Origin: an uncultured delta proteobacterium
GTDB lineage: Bacteria > Desulfobacterota > Desulfobacteria > Desulfobacterales > QNYZ01
Direction: 5' to 3'
NCBI GenBank assembly: GCA_963845145.1
Contig: CAWJQU010000002.1
Span: forward strand, 192,001-256,000
Length of the DNA stretch: 64,000 bases
The notes beneath the pieces were generated by a model that did not search any database, was not told the DNA's origin, and worked only from the letters and a program-made list of their open reading frames with translations. Made by a program: the position numbers and the translations under genes. This document shows positions 1-11,583 of the stretch, in pieces; the stretch's first letter is position 1; the number at the start of each line of letters is the position of its first letter.

Positions 1-3000
1 AGGGACTGGAAACGACGGTGTTGTTACTGTTCGTACATTCGCAGACCGCATTTGCCGGGTCGATGGTGGCGGTATACGTGCAGTTGCAGTTGGCCGTGGT
101 GGGTGTGTGGTTGAAGGTCAGATCGGTGCTGGTCCCTGCGGCCAGGTCCACGGTCTGGTTGACAAACACGATACCACAGGTGGAGACCAGCTGGACAACC
201 GCGCCGGTCACGTCACTGAAACCGGTATTACCCACATTAACCGTCACACTGCCGCTGACACTGCCGTCGGTACTACAGGCGGCCAGGGGGGTGACGCTGT
301 TGACCGCCAGGTCCGGCAGGGTGTTGGTGTGGGTCTCGGAGCGTGAGTTGTTGCTGCCGTCGCATTCGCAAATGGTATCCAACGGGTCCACGGTTGCCGT
401 GAAGTCGCAGCTGTCGTCGGTGCAGTCGGACCACGCGTCGCTGATCGCGAAGGTCACCGTGGACGAGGCCCCGCTGGCCAGGGAAGCGATGCTCTGAGTG
501 CCGGCGAAGGTCAGGCAGCCGTCAGTACCCAGCCCCACGGGCACATTGACAGCCACGCCCGGCCCCTGGTTGTGAACGGTCACATCCACGCTGCCGGCAT
601 AACCGTCATTGGTGCAGGTGATGTTGGTGAAATCGATATCCGTGATGGTCAGGTCCGGCAGGGGGGAGCTAAAAGTTTCGGTGCGGCTGTTATTGGTGCC
701 GTCGCATTCGCAGACTGTGTTCGGCTGGTCTACGGAGGCCGTGAAATCGCAGCTGCCGTCGGTACAGTCGGACCATGTTCCGCTGACATTGAAGTTCAGC
801 CAGGTGGAGGCGTTGGCGGCCAGGCTGGTCACAGTCTGGGGGGTGAAGATCAGACAGCCGTCGGTGGAAAGGGCCACCTGGAAATTGGTGGCCGCCCCGC
901 AACCGTTGTTCTGTACCTGTACGCGCACGTTACCGGAAATCCCGTCAGTACTGCAGGAAACATTTGAGAAATCGATGTCGGTGATGGAAAGATCGGGGAT
1001 GGGCGGCGCATAGGTCGTGGTGGTGGTGTTGTCATCTTCGTTGCACTCGCAAACATCACCGTTGAGATCCACCGTGGCATTGAAACTGTATGGCACCGCG
1101 CAGTTGCAGGCGGGCGCCCATGTAGCGGTGTTGATAATTACATCCGCGAAACCGCCGGCGGCTATAGCGCCGGAATGGGTCCCGGTACCGGTCCAGCCTT
1201 TGCCGTCGGTGACTTGCACGGTAAAGTCGCCGCTGGTGGTGCCGTCACCCGTGTTGGTAACCCGCACGCTGATGCTGCCGCTGACGCTACCGTCAGCAGT
1301 GCAGTTGACCTGTGGTGTGATACTGGTCACCACCAGGTTGGGCATCTGCAGGGTCGTGACAGAGGCACTGGCGGGGGTGCTGTCCGTACAATCGTAGGCC
1401 GTGGTAGTAGCGTTGAGGTCCGTGGCTTGCCCGGATACGCCACACCCCCATACGGCCTCGGCATTGTTTTGCCGGTATACTCGATTACAGTTGGCCTGGG
1501 CCGGCAATCCGTAATCGGGATTGAGCTGGGTCGAGACCCTGAACGTCACGGAATTGCCGGCGCCCAGATTGTTAAATTCCCAACCGTACACCCCACCGCC
1601 CAGATCGGCAATCGTGGCACCGGTGCCGTCCACGTCTATGAAGGTTCCCAACTGCATGGTCAGCCAATCCCCCGGAGAGTCTTCCACGCGTACCACCTGG
1701 GCGTTTCCGGTGCCATTGTTGGTGACGGTAAAGACCCACTCCTGGCTGCCGGTGGCACAATCGATCTGGGCCGTTGCCGGGGTTTTGGTGATGGCCAGTT
1801 GTGCAAATTCAGCCGTCAGGGTGATGCTTTCAGTGGCGGTATGCTGGGTGTCGCCGCAGCAGTCATAAAAGCGCAAATCAAAATCGAGATTATCAGTCAC
1901 GTAGCAGGCCGATTGCACTGTGAAGCGCAGCACCAGGGTGTCGCTACCACCGTCGGCCTGGACCGTTGTCACCAGGTTGTTGCCCGTGTCACCAAAATCG
2001 TAGAAAGTGATGGTACTCCCGGTTATGGTGGGATCACCGATGGTGCCGATAGCGGCAGTGGCCGAAGATTGATCAGAGCCGAGACCCGCTTCAGCTGTAC
2101 CGGCGTTATAGGTAATCCCCGGCGGCAGGGTGATGGCCAAATCGATGCTATTGGCGTCTGTGGGCCCGGGGTTCTCGGCCACCACGGTTATCTGGGTACT
2201 GTCATTGCAGGCATCGATGCTAGCCGGACTGACACCGAATGACAGATAGGTCAGGTCCGGCTGTCGGGTCTCGGTACGCACGGTCTGAATTCCCGTACTG
2301 GTTAGACACAGGGCATCATCCGGGGGCGTCCACTCCGGGTTGTGTGGCGGAACTCCCGTCAGCAGCCCCGCAGCCCCAATAGGCAATTACCGTATTATCC
2401 AGATCGGCGCTACAGGTCGGGGACGGACCGTCAGTCGTGGCGTTTAGGGTGAGGGTCACGGTGTCGCCGGGATTGACATTGCGCAGTTCCCAGGTGACCA
2501 ACTGGCCCGTATTGGTACCATTGTCGCTTGTGTAGGGTGGATCACCGACAGAAGAGGCGTAAGCAAAAGCGTCATCCATGGTGTCTTCTACCCAAATGAC
2601 GGGTAACGTGTAAGCGCTGTTGTTGGTAACGGTGATGGTCCACTGGATCGCTTCGTTGCAGCCGATGGGGTCATTGACGCGGGTTTTATCGATAGCAATA
2701 TCGGGGGCATTGAAAGCCACCGAAAAGGTGTTGGGAGCGGCGAAAAAACCATCCGCGCAAGGGTTTTCGTACGCGGTGATAACCGTGATATCGCCACCGG
2801 TAAAGGGGCAGTCGGCACTCATGCCGAACTCAATATCGATGGTGTCACCCGGTGCGGCACTGGATAGACCGGGAATCTCGGTACTGGTCCACACTGGGGC
2901 GATACCGTGGGATTGGGATCGTAAATGACGTTGGGCCCGTTCCAGGCACCGCCGTTTATCCGCCAACGGGTGGAACCCGATACATAGAGCAGGTTGGCCG

Positions 3001-6000
3001 GCAGGGTTTCGGTGACCTGCAGGTTATAGACCGTCACCTGTCCGGCATTTCGCAGGGTGATGAATCCGTCCGGGCTGGCACATGCATCGACGCCTTCGGC
3101 GGGGGTGATTGTGTTGGTGTTGATCAGGTTGGGGGCCGGGATCTCCACAACCGAATTGTCGGATATATCCGTTTGGCAGTTTACGCCGATACAGCCCCAA
3201 TTGGCGGTGACGTCATTGGTCAAGTTGTTGCAGTCCACCAGTCTGGCGACCAAGGTGATCTGACGCCGTTCGCCGGCGGCCAATTCAGAGATCACCACCG
3301 AGGCCCCGTTGATAGCGCCGCCATTGTGATCCAGTGAATCGATAATGGTGACACCCGTCATGTTGTCCACAATCACCGGGTTGACGCCGTGTTCATATAG
3401 CAGGCCGCTGCCCAAAACATCGTCCACCCATACATTATAGGCCGTACCGGTGCCACGGTTGGTAACATAAATTTCCCACTGAATAGTATTGGTATCGGCG
3501 TAATAAGTCTCGGGTGTCTTTTCGATGAGCAGGTCGCCACTCAATAGAAGGGCCGGTGTTTCCGTGGCCACCGTCGAACAGAGGTCATCGGCCGTGGCAT
3601 CATCATTACAAAGGTCGTCAAAATAAGCAGTGGCTGTCAAATCGCCGGTGCCGGTACAGCGCTTCTGCACATCAAGCTGGATAGTGGCATTCTGACCGTC
3701 ACCGCCAAAGATGTCGTTGAATGTCCAGACATAATCGCCGCTGCCATCAATGATCGGCGTGCAAGAGACCGGTGCAACCCCTCCGCAGATGCTCGCGGCC
3801 GGATTGACGACATAATAATTAAGACCAGAGAGCACCAGTCGGACATCTTTGGGATTGAAATTCGATGTTTGAGTCAGGGTTTGTGTGATGGTCTCGGTCT
3901 CGCAGGTGTTGAAAATCCGGCCCAGACCGTCAATGGTAAGCGACATGGCCGGAGAGCCCACGTTAACCACGGTGGTTTCGTGGATGATCCCGTCGGTCAG
4001 GCATTCTGATCCTGTGGATCCCATGTTGAGGCTGGACCAGGAATAGAAGCTGGTTCCCCCGCAGGCGGCGATGGTATCTTCCGTGGCCGTCAGATCATAA
4101 TTGATAGTCAGGGTCTGCCCCGCCAGGGGGGTTGCCGCAGCACCACTGAAATCGAGCAATAGCGTGCCGCCAGGACCGGGAGTAGTATCCGTCACAGCCG
4201 CCGAACCGGTAATGTCCCCGCTACCGGTGAGAGTGATGGAGAGGTTACCGTTGTACTGCTGCTCCAGATTGGCTTCCTCGGTAAAAACCAGATCCGACAA
4301 CACCACACCGGACCCACTGTCGAAGGCGTAAGTATTGGTAAAGGTAGTATCGTCACAACGCTCCGTGGGCGCAGAAGATGTTTTTTCGGAGGTCAGCCCC
4401 TCGGTGCATTCGATGGCCGTGGTTTGGGAATCGCTGGCACTCAGGGCACACCCGCAGCAATCGCTGCTCGTGGCCGAGATGGTGTTGGTGAAGAGAGTGT
4501 TGCAGTAGGTTTCGCATTGGGTAGCGTCCGGAATCTGGACCGTGATGGCGGTGTTGAGGGAGGCCGGAGGAGTATAGGTCCAGGTGATGGTGCGCGCCCC
4601 GGCATTCCAGGTGCCGCCGCCAAAATCGGTGACCGTCAATCCAGAGGGGATGGTGTCCACCACCGTCACCGCTCCCACGCTGCCGCTGCCGCATGATAGG
4701 GGACCGCTATAGGTGGAAGTGATATTGTAGGTGACGCTGCCGCCGATTTCCACGTCCGTCGGCCCGCCGGTTTTGGAAACCGTCAATTCGCTGGTGCCGG
4801 CCGGGGCGTTGATGGTACTCAGCTCCACCGGCGGGTAAAATTCCTGATTGCAGGCGTCCTGGTAGAGTTTCTGCCATAATAGATCTCCCGCGGGAAAACC
4901 GCCGCCGCACCAGCCGGTGTAAGTCAGATCGAAACTGAGGTTATAGGAATCTCCCGGATCGCCACTGGCGGCCAGGGGGTCGTCCAGTTCGAAACGGGTC
5001 TGGGCCACATTGTAATTGGCACCAGCCGACACATTGGAGACCGTGAAACCCGGGAAATCGATAATAGTATAAACATCGTATGCTACGCCATCGCCAATGT
5101 TGGTGATCGTGAAAGAGACGGTTTCAGTGTCGCCGCAATAAGTAAAATTGATATCCGGGGGGGTGAACGAAATAAGGGGGGAGTTCACGATACGTTGCAC
5201 CGAAGCCGTGGCCGTACCGCCGTCATCGGCCGAGTTGAAACACGTGTCGGCCGGCGAGGGTGCGCAACCGAATCGCACATCGGCTGTGTTGTCCAGGTTC
5301 TCGCAGGCGATCACCGTGGCGGTGATATCCATGGTGAGGGTATCGCCGGGATCCATGGATGCCAGGGCCGCATACTCATTGCTGGTCCAGGTGGTGGTCT
5401 GGCCGCTGTTGGAACCGTTTTGGGTGGCGGAAACATAGGCCAGGCCATCCCCCAGCACATCCGTTACCTCCACGTTTTCAATGACCCCGAATCCGGTGTT
5501 CTCCACCGTCAGAGTCCATGTAACGTCCTGGCCGACCTCCTGGGGAATTACATTTGGTGATTTTTTTATGGTCACCGCCCCGGGCATAACCATAATATTA
5601 TGAGGAAGAGCTACAACATTAGCAAGGCTACCGTTTAATATATAGTCAACCTCTGCATTCAAGCTTCCGGAGACAGATGAGCAGTCGGCCGTCAAGGAAA
5701 AGGAGACTTCAAGGGTCTCACCTGCGACCAGGGTAAAAGGACTTCCGCAAAGGGTATCGGTGTCCCAAACCAGGTCTGATCCCTGCGGACTCGGATCCGT
5801 AGAGCATAACAGATTGTTATCTACTAAAATTTGAGACGGCCCAGTATAGGTAAATCCGGTCAAATTGGCCAGACTTGCCGTGACTACGATATCGGTAATA
5901 TCGGTGCCGGAACTGTTTTCGATTGAGATCGTGTAGCCTTTGGTTTCACATTTATTGATTTCACCATCTCCCCCGATTGTCGGCTGCCCCCAAGTTTCAA

Positions 6001-6058
6001 TGGCTGAAAACGCAATTAATACCAATAGCACTATCCCAATTGACGTGGGGCGTCTCAT
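1..6058 (-). CDS. Giant secreted Cys-rich surface protein with DUF11-type repeats followed by CARDB-like repeats (>2000 aa, runs off the left edge; apparent frameshifts near 2900 and 2325)
   Basis: ORF 2819..6058 starts with a signal peptide and carries repeated 'TIxK...G..VTW.LTVEN.G......V.D.L..GL.YVS' (DUF11-like) units. It continues in ORF 2316..2966, then in a minus frame sampled as in-register at 2320 and at the left edge, with CARDB-like 'CEC..SNN' motifs (e.g. VCECTNSNNTVVSSP at 2-46). Confidence 0.8.
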
Positions 6059-8673
6059 TTGCTCTCCTTCATATAAATTCGGATACCTGAATAAGGCCAG
6101 GGCACTGCCACCTTATTTCTACCCGGACGAATGTCCACCAGTTGGATTTTTTCGATACCATCGACCACGATGGAAAGATGGTGTTTAACCGGTTCGATAC
6201 GGGTAAATATCACCTGCCCGTTCTTTCCTCTCGACTTGACCTTATCATCCAGGCCCGCCGTAAACGTCTCGACTAATTTCTCATTTTCGTCGCGGGTACC
6301 GTTGCCATTTTTATCTAAATAGACCGTCACTATAAGTTTTCCGTAGCCCGGTTCCTTATAAAGAAAAAAAGAGACATCCGCCGATTCGCCTTCAATCAAC
6401 CGAACCAGTTGAGAGGATTCCCCTGAGACATGAACATCCGCAGCCAGTTCCAACTCATTTATGGCCACCACATACTGACCGGATGCCAAATCAGAATATA
6501 GTGTCCGCCCGTCTTCATCGGTGGTCTGTTTCAATCCCGGTGGAACCAACAGAACTTCGATATCCTTAAGCGGCTTGTCTTTCGAGTCAAGGATATCGTT
6601 GCGGTTTTCGTCGCTGTATACCGTAACCGTAATTTCACTGGGCTCTTCCAAATCACCAATCCCCAGAAAAACCAAGGCGCTGTCTGTGCCGCTGACCCGG
6701 TTACCGCCACCGTCCTTACCGGTAGCCGTCGCGGTATTCTCATTTCTACCCGAAGCAGCATTGGTCCCCACCACTGCCTGGTAGGTAATAACCGTGCGCT
6801 GTCCCGGGCCCAGATTCCCCAGCATCCAGGTGTAGGTCCGCCCACTTCTTTGCGGATCGGCAAAAACGGCTCCATCACGTATCGCCTTGCCGTCCGGGAT
6901 CTTGATCCCATTAGGCATATGATCCTTTAATTCAATATCGAAAATAGGGCCGCTTGGGCTGATATTCTCCACCTCGATACGATAAGTCAGGATACCACCG
7001 ATTCGCGCATCGCGTTTTAAAGCCCGTTTGGTCACCCTCAGCCCGTCCGGTTCTACCGACTCAAAACCCGATACCGCCGTCACCGTGTTTGATAAAATTG
7101 GCTTTGGTACCAGATCGGCAATCACCTCGGCTCGGTTGGAAATACTCACCCCGGACCGAATAAATGGATCTACCCGGGCACTGATATTAAACGAAAACGA
7201 TGCACCCGGTCGTAATGGCTTGGAAAACGCCCAACGGTGCTGGCCGTTCTCCTCGCTATGGATTGCATCGGCGGCCGTGTCACTCACGTAGGTAAGGTCA
7301 TTCGACAACGTGTCGGTGACCGTCACTCCCGTGGCCGCGGATGATCCTTTGTTTTCCACGCGAATCGTGTAAATCTGTACCATGTTGGGCTTTACCGTCG
7401 ACTGGCTCTGGCGCTTAGTGATCACCAGATTGGACGCCCTCACCACTAATGTAACGATGGCCTGCTGACCTGTAAGACCACACCCCTCACCGTCCACGAC
7501 CACCTCATATTCACCCGGCTCAACCTCAAAGCCCACCCGCATCTCCAGGGTGGCATCGTTGTCTGTGGGGATCAGTTTCGTCTGCTTTAAGCGTGCCACA
7601 ATCATATCCGGATCACTTGTTTGACCGGACATGCCCGAGCCCGTGGCGTCGATGACATGCCGGGATCCTTTAATATCGATAGTGATCGGCCCTTGGCAGG
7701 AACCGATAAATTCTCCCAGAATGCGGCTCGTGACCGTCTGGCCAAGCTCCGTTTCGATTTTATCCGGATTTGCTCTGATCAGGCTGAAGCCGGGATCCAC
7801 TCCTCCTACGATTAGATTCACCTCGGTGGTGTGGCGAACGCTATGAGATCCATGGCTGTCCTCGTAATCGGCCGTTCCCTGGCCGGTGATGGTAAGAGGG
7901 TAGCGCCCCGGCGCCACGCCATTCAGCGTCACTGTCAATGTACTGGTACCGCCGTCTACGGTGATCGACGTCGACGACAAGGTCGCAGTGGCCCCAGCGG
8001 GTAAACCGGACACGGAAAGATCGACCCCATTATCCCACAGGCCAATCCAGTCGATCTCGATCATGTAGGTGGTTTCATCAAAGGTATCCACAGACCGCCG
8101 GTTGGGGTCGGCGTCGATATCGAAATCTTCCAGGCCATAGACAAAAAATTCCCCCCCTTGGACCCAGACGACCCAGTCACCCGAACTCTGATTTCTGACA
8201 GATATTTCGTTATTTGACTGTACCACGCTTTCAGACACACTCATTTCATCGGCAACCGGATAATTACAATCCGCCGGGCAGCTTCCTCCCCCGGTATTGC
8301 AGCCTTCCAGCCGGCCGACATCACTTCCATTGACGTAGAGATGATCATTTTCACAGGTAGCGGCACTGCTGCATTGACAGGATCTTGAAGGAGGGTAATC
8401 AATATCCTCAGCGCGAACGATAACACCTGCGCGCGTCATGATCCCGGGATCGAGAACGGATTCGGGCACCCCATTGTGATTCCAGGAAGTCGATTCACCC
8501 GGTTCTAACAGTCGGGGCGAAAAGGAGACCACGTCTCGATAAATCCTTGCCTCACGCTGGGCCAGGGCCGGAGAACCAAGTGCGCCAAAAGCTACCAAGA
8601 TGGCTAGCATCGTCACTACTGTTGTAAGTGAACGCCCGTTTCGAAATCTGCCGGGACGTCTTCTGTTCGTCAT
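6055..8673 (-). CDS. Secreted DUF11-repeat / SdrD B-like domain protein
   Basis: Signal peptide (ALA-Q), two DUF11-like units (LVITKRQ...YTIRVENKG; LRVTKRA...YRIEVEN) and two C-terminal 'VY.D.N.NG..D..E' SdrD-B-like motifs. Overlaps the next gene by 4 nt. Confidence 0.75.
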   Translation of the reverse strand: MTNRRRPGRFRNGRSLTTVVTMLAILVAFGALGSPALAQREARIYRDVVSFSPRLLEPGESTSWNHNGVPESVLDPGIMTRAGVIVRAEDIDYPPSRSCQCSSAATCENDHLYVNGSDVGRLEGCNTGGGSCPADCNYPVADEMSVSESVVQSNNEISVRNQSSGDWVVWVQGGEFFVYGLEDFDIDADPNRRSVDTFDETTYMIEIDWIGLWDNGVDLSVSGLPAGATATLSSTSITVDGGTSTLTVTLNGVAPGRYPLTITGQGTADYEDSHGSHSVRHTTEVNLIVGGVDPGFSLIRANPDKIETELGQTVTSRILGEFIGSCQGPITIDIKGSRHVIDATGSGMSGQTSDPDMIVARLKQTKLIPTDNDATLEMRVGFEVEPGEYEVVVDGEGCGLTGQQAIVTLVVRASNLVITKRQSQSTVKPNMVQIYTIRVENKGSSAATGVTVTDTLSNDLTYVSDTAADAIHSEENGQHRWAFSKPLRPGASFSFNISARVDPFIRSGVSISNRAEVIADLVPKPILSNTVTAVSGFESVEPDGLRVTKRALKRDARIGGILTYRIEVENISPSGPIFDIELKDHMPNGIKIPDGKAIRDGAVFADPQRSGRTYTWMLGNLGPGQRTVITYQAVVGTNAASGRNENTATATGKDGGGNRVSGTDSALVFLGIGDLEEPSEITVTVYSDENRNDILDSKDKPLKDIEVLLVPPGLKQTTDEDGRTLYSDLASGQYVVAINELELAADVHVSGESSQLVRLIEGESADVSFFLYKEPGYGKLIVTVYLDKNGNGTRDENEKLVETFTAGLDDKVKSRGKNGQVIFTRIEPVKHHLSIVVDGIEKIQLVDIRPGRNKVAVPWPYSGIRIYMKESK

Positions 8674-8723
8674 TATTGTGATCTCCTGATGGGGTCCCTT
8701 TGGTTAATTAGCGCACGACTTTG

Positions 8724-11165
8724 CTAAAACGTACCGGTCAAACTTACATAGCCATTATGGGTCTCAAAGGCCTCGCTGGTATCTTCATCGATATAATCGA
8801 TATATTCATATCCCACAGAAATTTTGAGAAAACGATATAACTGATATCCCAACTCGGTAAAAAACTTCTGTCGCTTGTCTTTAATCGACTCATCGATCAT
8901 TTTATATTTATATGAACTCAATATATCCCACCGATCATTGATCTGATACTTGGCCCCAAACAGCCAGGTCGTCGTCTGGGTCTCGGTGGTGTCCAACGGC
9001 GGAGCCTTGACCGCTTCATTTTCCAGGCGATAACCCCCGAACAGGCTCAGTGATCGCCGAAATTTATAATCCAACCGGAAAACCAAATCATCATAGGTCG
9101 CTGTTTCATTGGCTGCTTCCGGATAGGTCGTCTCATTGGTTTCATATTCATACTTCACCGTTGCCAAAAGATTGGAAAAAATATCCCAGAATACTTCGCC
9201 ACCGAAAATATTCCGAGTCCGCACACGCTCGTCCAATCGCTCATCGGTCTCGTCGTATTCAAATTTCAACCGGGTTTTTAGCACATCCAGCGGCCGGCTG
9301 GTCCACCTGAGGCGATAGGTCTCATCGGTCTGAGATGTTTCGTCGGCGACCAGGTCGGTTTCACGGCTGTACCGGGCACTGGCATCCAGATCCGCATAAC
9401 GGTTAAATATCCCCTGGACGCCAACCATAGAGATATCCTTTCGAAGGGTATAATCGTCCTCGACCTCTTCGTAGATAAATTGCTCTCCCTGTTCCAGGTA
9501 AAAGGTCACTTCCTGAATGGGGTGAATCTCGAACCGACCGAGGGCATCATGAATTTGGGTGTCATTGTCTTCATCGATCTGGTCGTTAAAATCTTCTAAC
9601 TGATAAGCAAACTGTAAAAAGGTCGCCCCCGTAAACCGAAACGATCCCAAAGGATATTTAACGGCACCCAGCAGCCGGTTGGTGGTTGTATCCAGTTCCT
9701 GAGTATCGTCATCGCTTTCACTATCAATTTTTTCCGCGGCCAATAGCCAGTCCGTTTTCTCCGGATGAATGCGTTTATAAGAAGCAAATAGGCTACGGGT
9801 GCTTATTTGAGGCGTGTCTACAAGGCCTGGAATATTGTTTTTGGTCTCCCTGAAACCCGTGGAAAGGGTGTGGTATGGATTTAAATCATAAGCTGCCGAC
9901 AACCCATAAGACTCTTCATCCGTCCCATGGGTCACGCTGATATTCGGATCCAAATCAAAGGTCAGGCTGGCACTTTTAAACGAGAAGGGCTCATCCAAGT
10001 CGATTTCATCGACCACATTGTCCGATTGTAAATTCAGATTCCCGAAAGAGAGAAAATCGCGTTCCACCCGCCAATAGCGACCATAGATGTGTAACGGGTC
10101 CACCGGGTTGGTGTCCACGTTGATTATAGTTGCGTCTGACGCCAGAGTATCTTCGAGTTCCGGGATCTCGCTTCGGGCCACTTCAACCCCAAACTGATAG
10201 CGATCGGTAAACTTTACCGACAGATCGGTCCCATAAATTTGACGACGATTATCCAATGCATCACCGCTGTCATTATCTTCCCAGGGCCCGTCAGCCAGAT
10301 AACTCACGCCCATTCGAATGGAATCGGAAGGCTCTGCAACCAAACGCGTCCCCCATGCGGCCCGCTTGAATCGGTCTCCGGGAGAATCATACTGGTAAGT
10401 GACCACAATGAAGGTGGGGTTGCCCCGGAAATCCTGCTCATCGACAGGCCGATCGAAGGTAATCTCGCCATCATCATAATCGATACGATAATCTTGGCCA
10501 CGTACCTGGCTTCTTTGCTGTATAACACGATTGGGATTGGCCCGATCCCGAATCTCAATGGTGACGGTTTCGCTGCCCGCTATTACCGGCGCCTCATTCA
10601 ACCGATAAGGCCCCGAAGTGCCATCCCCCCGAATGGTATCCGTGGTTGTTTCCCCGCGGATCACACCGGTCATCACCGTCGCACCGGCTTGGGAAAAACC
10701 GCCATGCAGCGTCATCCCTCGCACATGTTCATCCAGTGCTGTAAAAACCGTATCCTGAAAGGTGCCGTCCTCGTGATCACCCAGGATCATGAAGTGCTTT
10801 TCCTTGTTTAACTCAAATAAAAAGCGAAAATCATCTTCGTAAATTCCGCTGTCCGCTTCTTCATCATAGTGGCTTTTTAATAAGAAGGTGTAGTCATTAA
10901 ACAGTCGCCCTTCCCCATAGATCGAATACCGGCTACGGTTGGAGTATGCTTCCGGCAAACCATCATCGCTCTCTTCAAATAGATTGTCGGGATCGTCACT
11001 GGATGTGTAATTCTGTCGAAAAACGCCCAAGCCGATTATAAAAAAATCGTGCCCTTGTTCACTATTTTGGTAACGAAATGCGTCGGATCCAGGTGGAAAC
11101 ATTATCCCGGCCAACAAAAAGAGAAATAAGAATACAATTTCATGGCTTTTTTTCAGTCGGTTCAT
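8724..11165 (-). CDS. Large outer-membrane beta-barrel protein
   Basis: Signal peptide, many alternating aromatic/amphipathic beta-strands and a C-terminal Phe (YVSLTGTF) BAM-type signal. Confidence 0.7.
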   Translation of the reverse strand: MNRLKKSHEIVFLFLFLLAGIMFPPGSDAFRYQNSEQGHDFFIIGLGVFRQNYTSSDDPDNLFEESDDGLPEAYSNRSRYSIYGEGRLFNDYTFLLKSHYDEEADSGIYEDDFRFLFELNKEKHFMILGDHEDGTFQDTVFTALDEHVRGMTLHGGFSQAGATVMTGVIRGETTTDTIRGDGTSGPYRLNEAPVIAGSETVTIEIRDRANPNRVIQQRSQVRGQDYRIDYDDGEITFDRPVDEQDFRGNPTFIVVTYQYDSPGDRFKRAAWGTRLVAEPSDSIRMGVSYLADGPWEDNDSGDALDNRRQIYGTDLSVKFTDRYQFGVEVARSEIPELEDTLASDATIINVDTNPVDPLHIYGRYWRVERDFLSFGNLNLQSDNVVDEIDLDEPFSFKSASLTFDLDPNISVTHGTDEESYGLSAAYDLNPYHTLSTGFRETKNNIPGLVDTPQISTRSLFASYKRIHPEKTDWLLAAEKIDSESDDDTQELDTTTNRLLGAVKYPLGSFRFTGATFLQFAYQLEDFNDQIDEDNDTQIHDALGRFEIHPIQEVTFYLEQGEQFIYEEVEDDYTLRKDISMVGVQGIFNRYADLDASARYSRETDLVADETSQTDETYRLRWTSRPLDVLKTRLKFEYDETDERLDERVRTRNIFGGEVFWDIFSNLLATVKYEYETNETTYPEAANETATYDDLVFRLDYKFRRSLSLFGGYRLENEAVKAPPLDTTETQTTTWLFGAKYQINDRWDILSSYKYKMIDESIKDKRQKFFTELGYQLYRFLKISVGYEYIDYIDEDTSEAFETHNGYVSLTGTF

Positions 11166-11292
11166 TTTTGAAACGAATCCTTCGAAAAAAATGATGTGTC
11201 AAAACCTTGACGGAGTTATGTTAAAGGCAACAGCATTCCGCTATGGCCTGAATTGCCCCTACTGTTTTAAATGACAGATTTAAGAATAACAC

Positions 11293-11308
11293 AGCAATTA
11301 TTATGCCA
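11293..11308 (-). promoter_or_regulatory. sigma54 (-24/-12) promoter for the OM barrel/DUF11 operon
   Basis: Minus strand TGGCATAATAATTGCT: GG and GC separated by exactly 10 nt, about 130 bp upstream of the 11165 start. Confidence 0.7.
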
Positions 11309-11583
11309 GTCAAAAAGAAGGGGCTGATTTAGTTTTAATGGGGAGTAATAATTTAGGTGATTCTTATGCGATAACTATAAATAACAAGAACTTATCACGA
11401 GTATCCAAAAAGAATACATAACAACAACGAATTGCTACTAAACCGTGTACGGGTTATTTTACAGCAAAGACCTCCTCTAATTCAGTCCAGTTACAATTAA
11501 CGGGTCAATTACTGCCAATAGGATATACTTACACCGTATCAGTGTCAGGATTATTTTTCTACTAAAACAGATTCGAAAATTTT

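Noticed and set aside
18..5560. Long plus-strand ORFs (e.g. 1175..2242)
   Set aside because: Antisense shadows of the GC-rich minus-strand surface protein gene, with no recognisable motifs.
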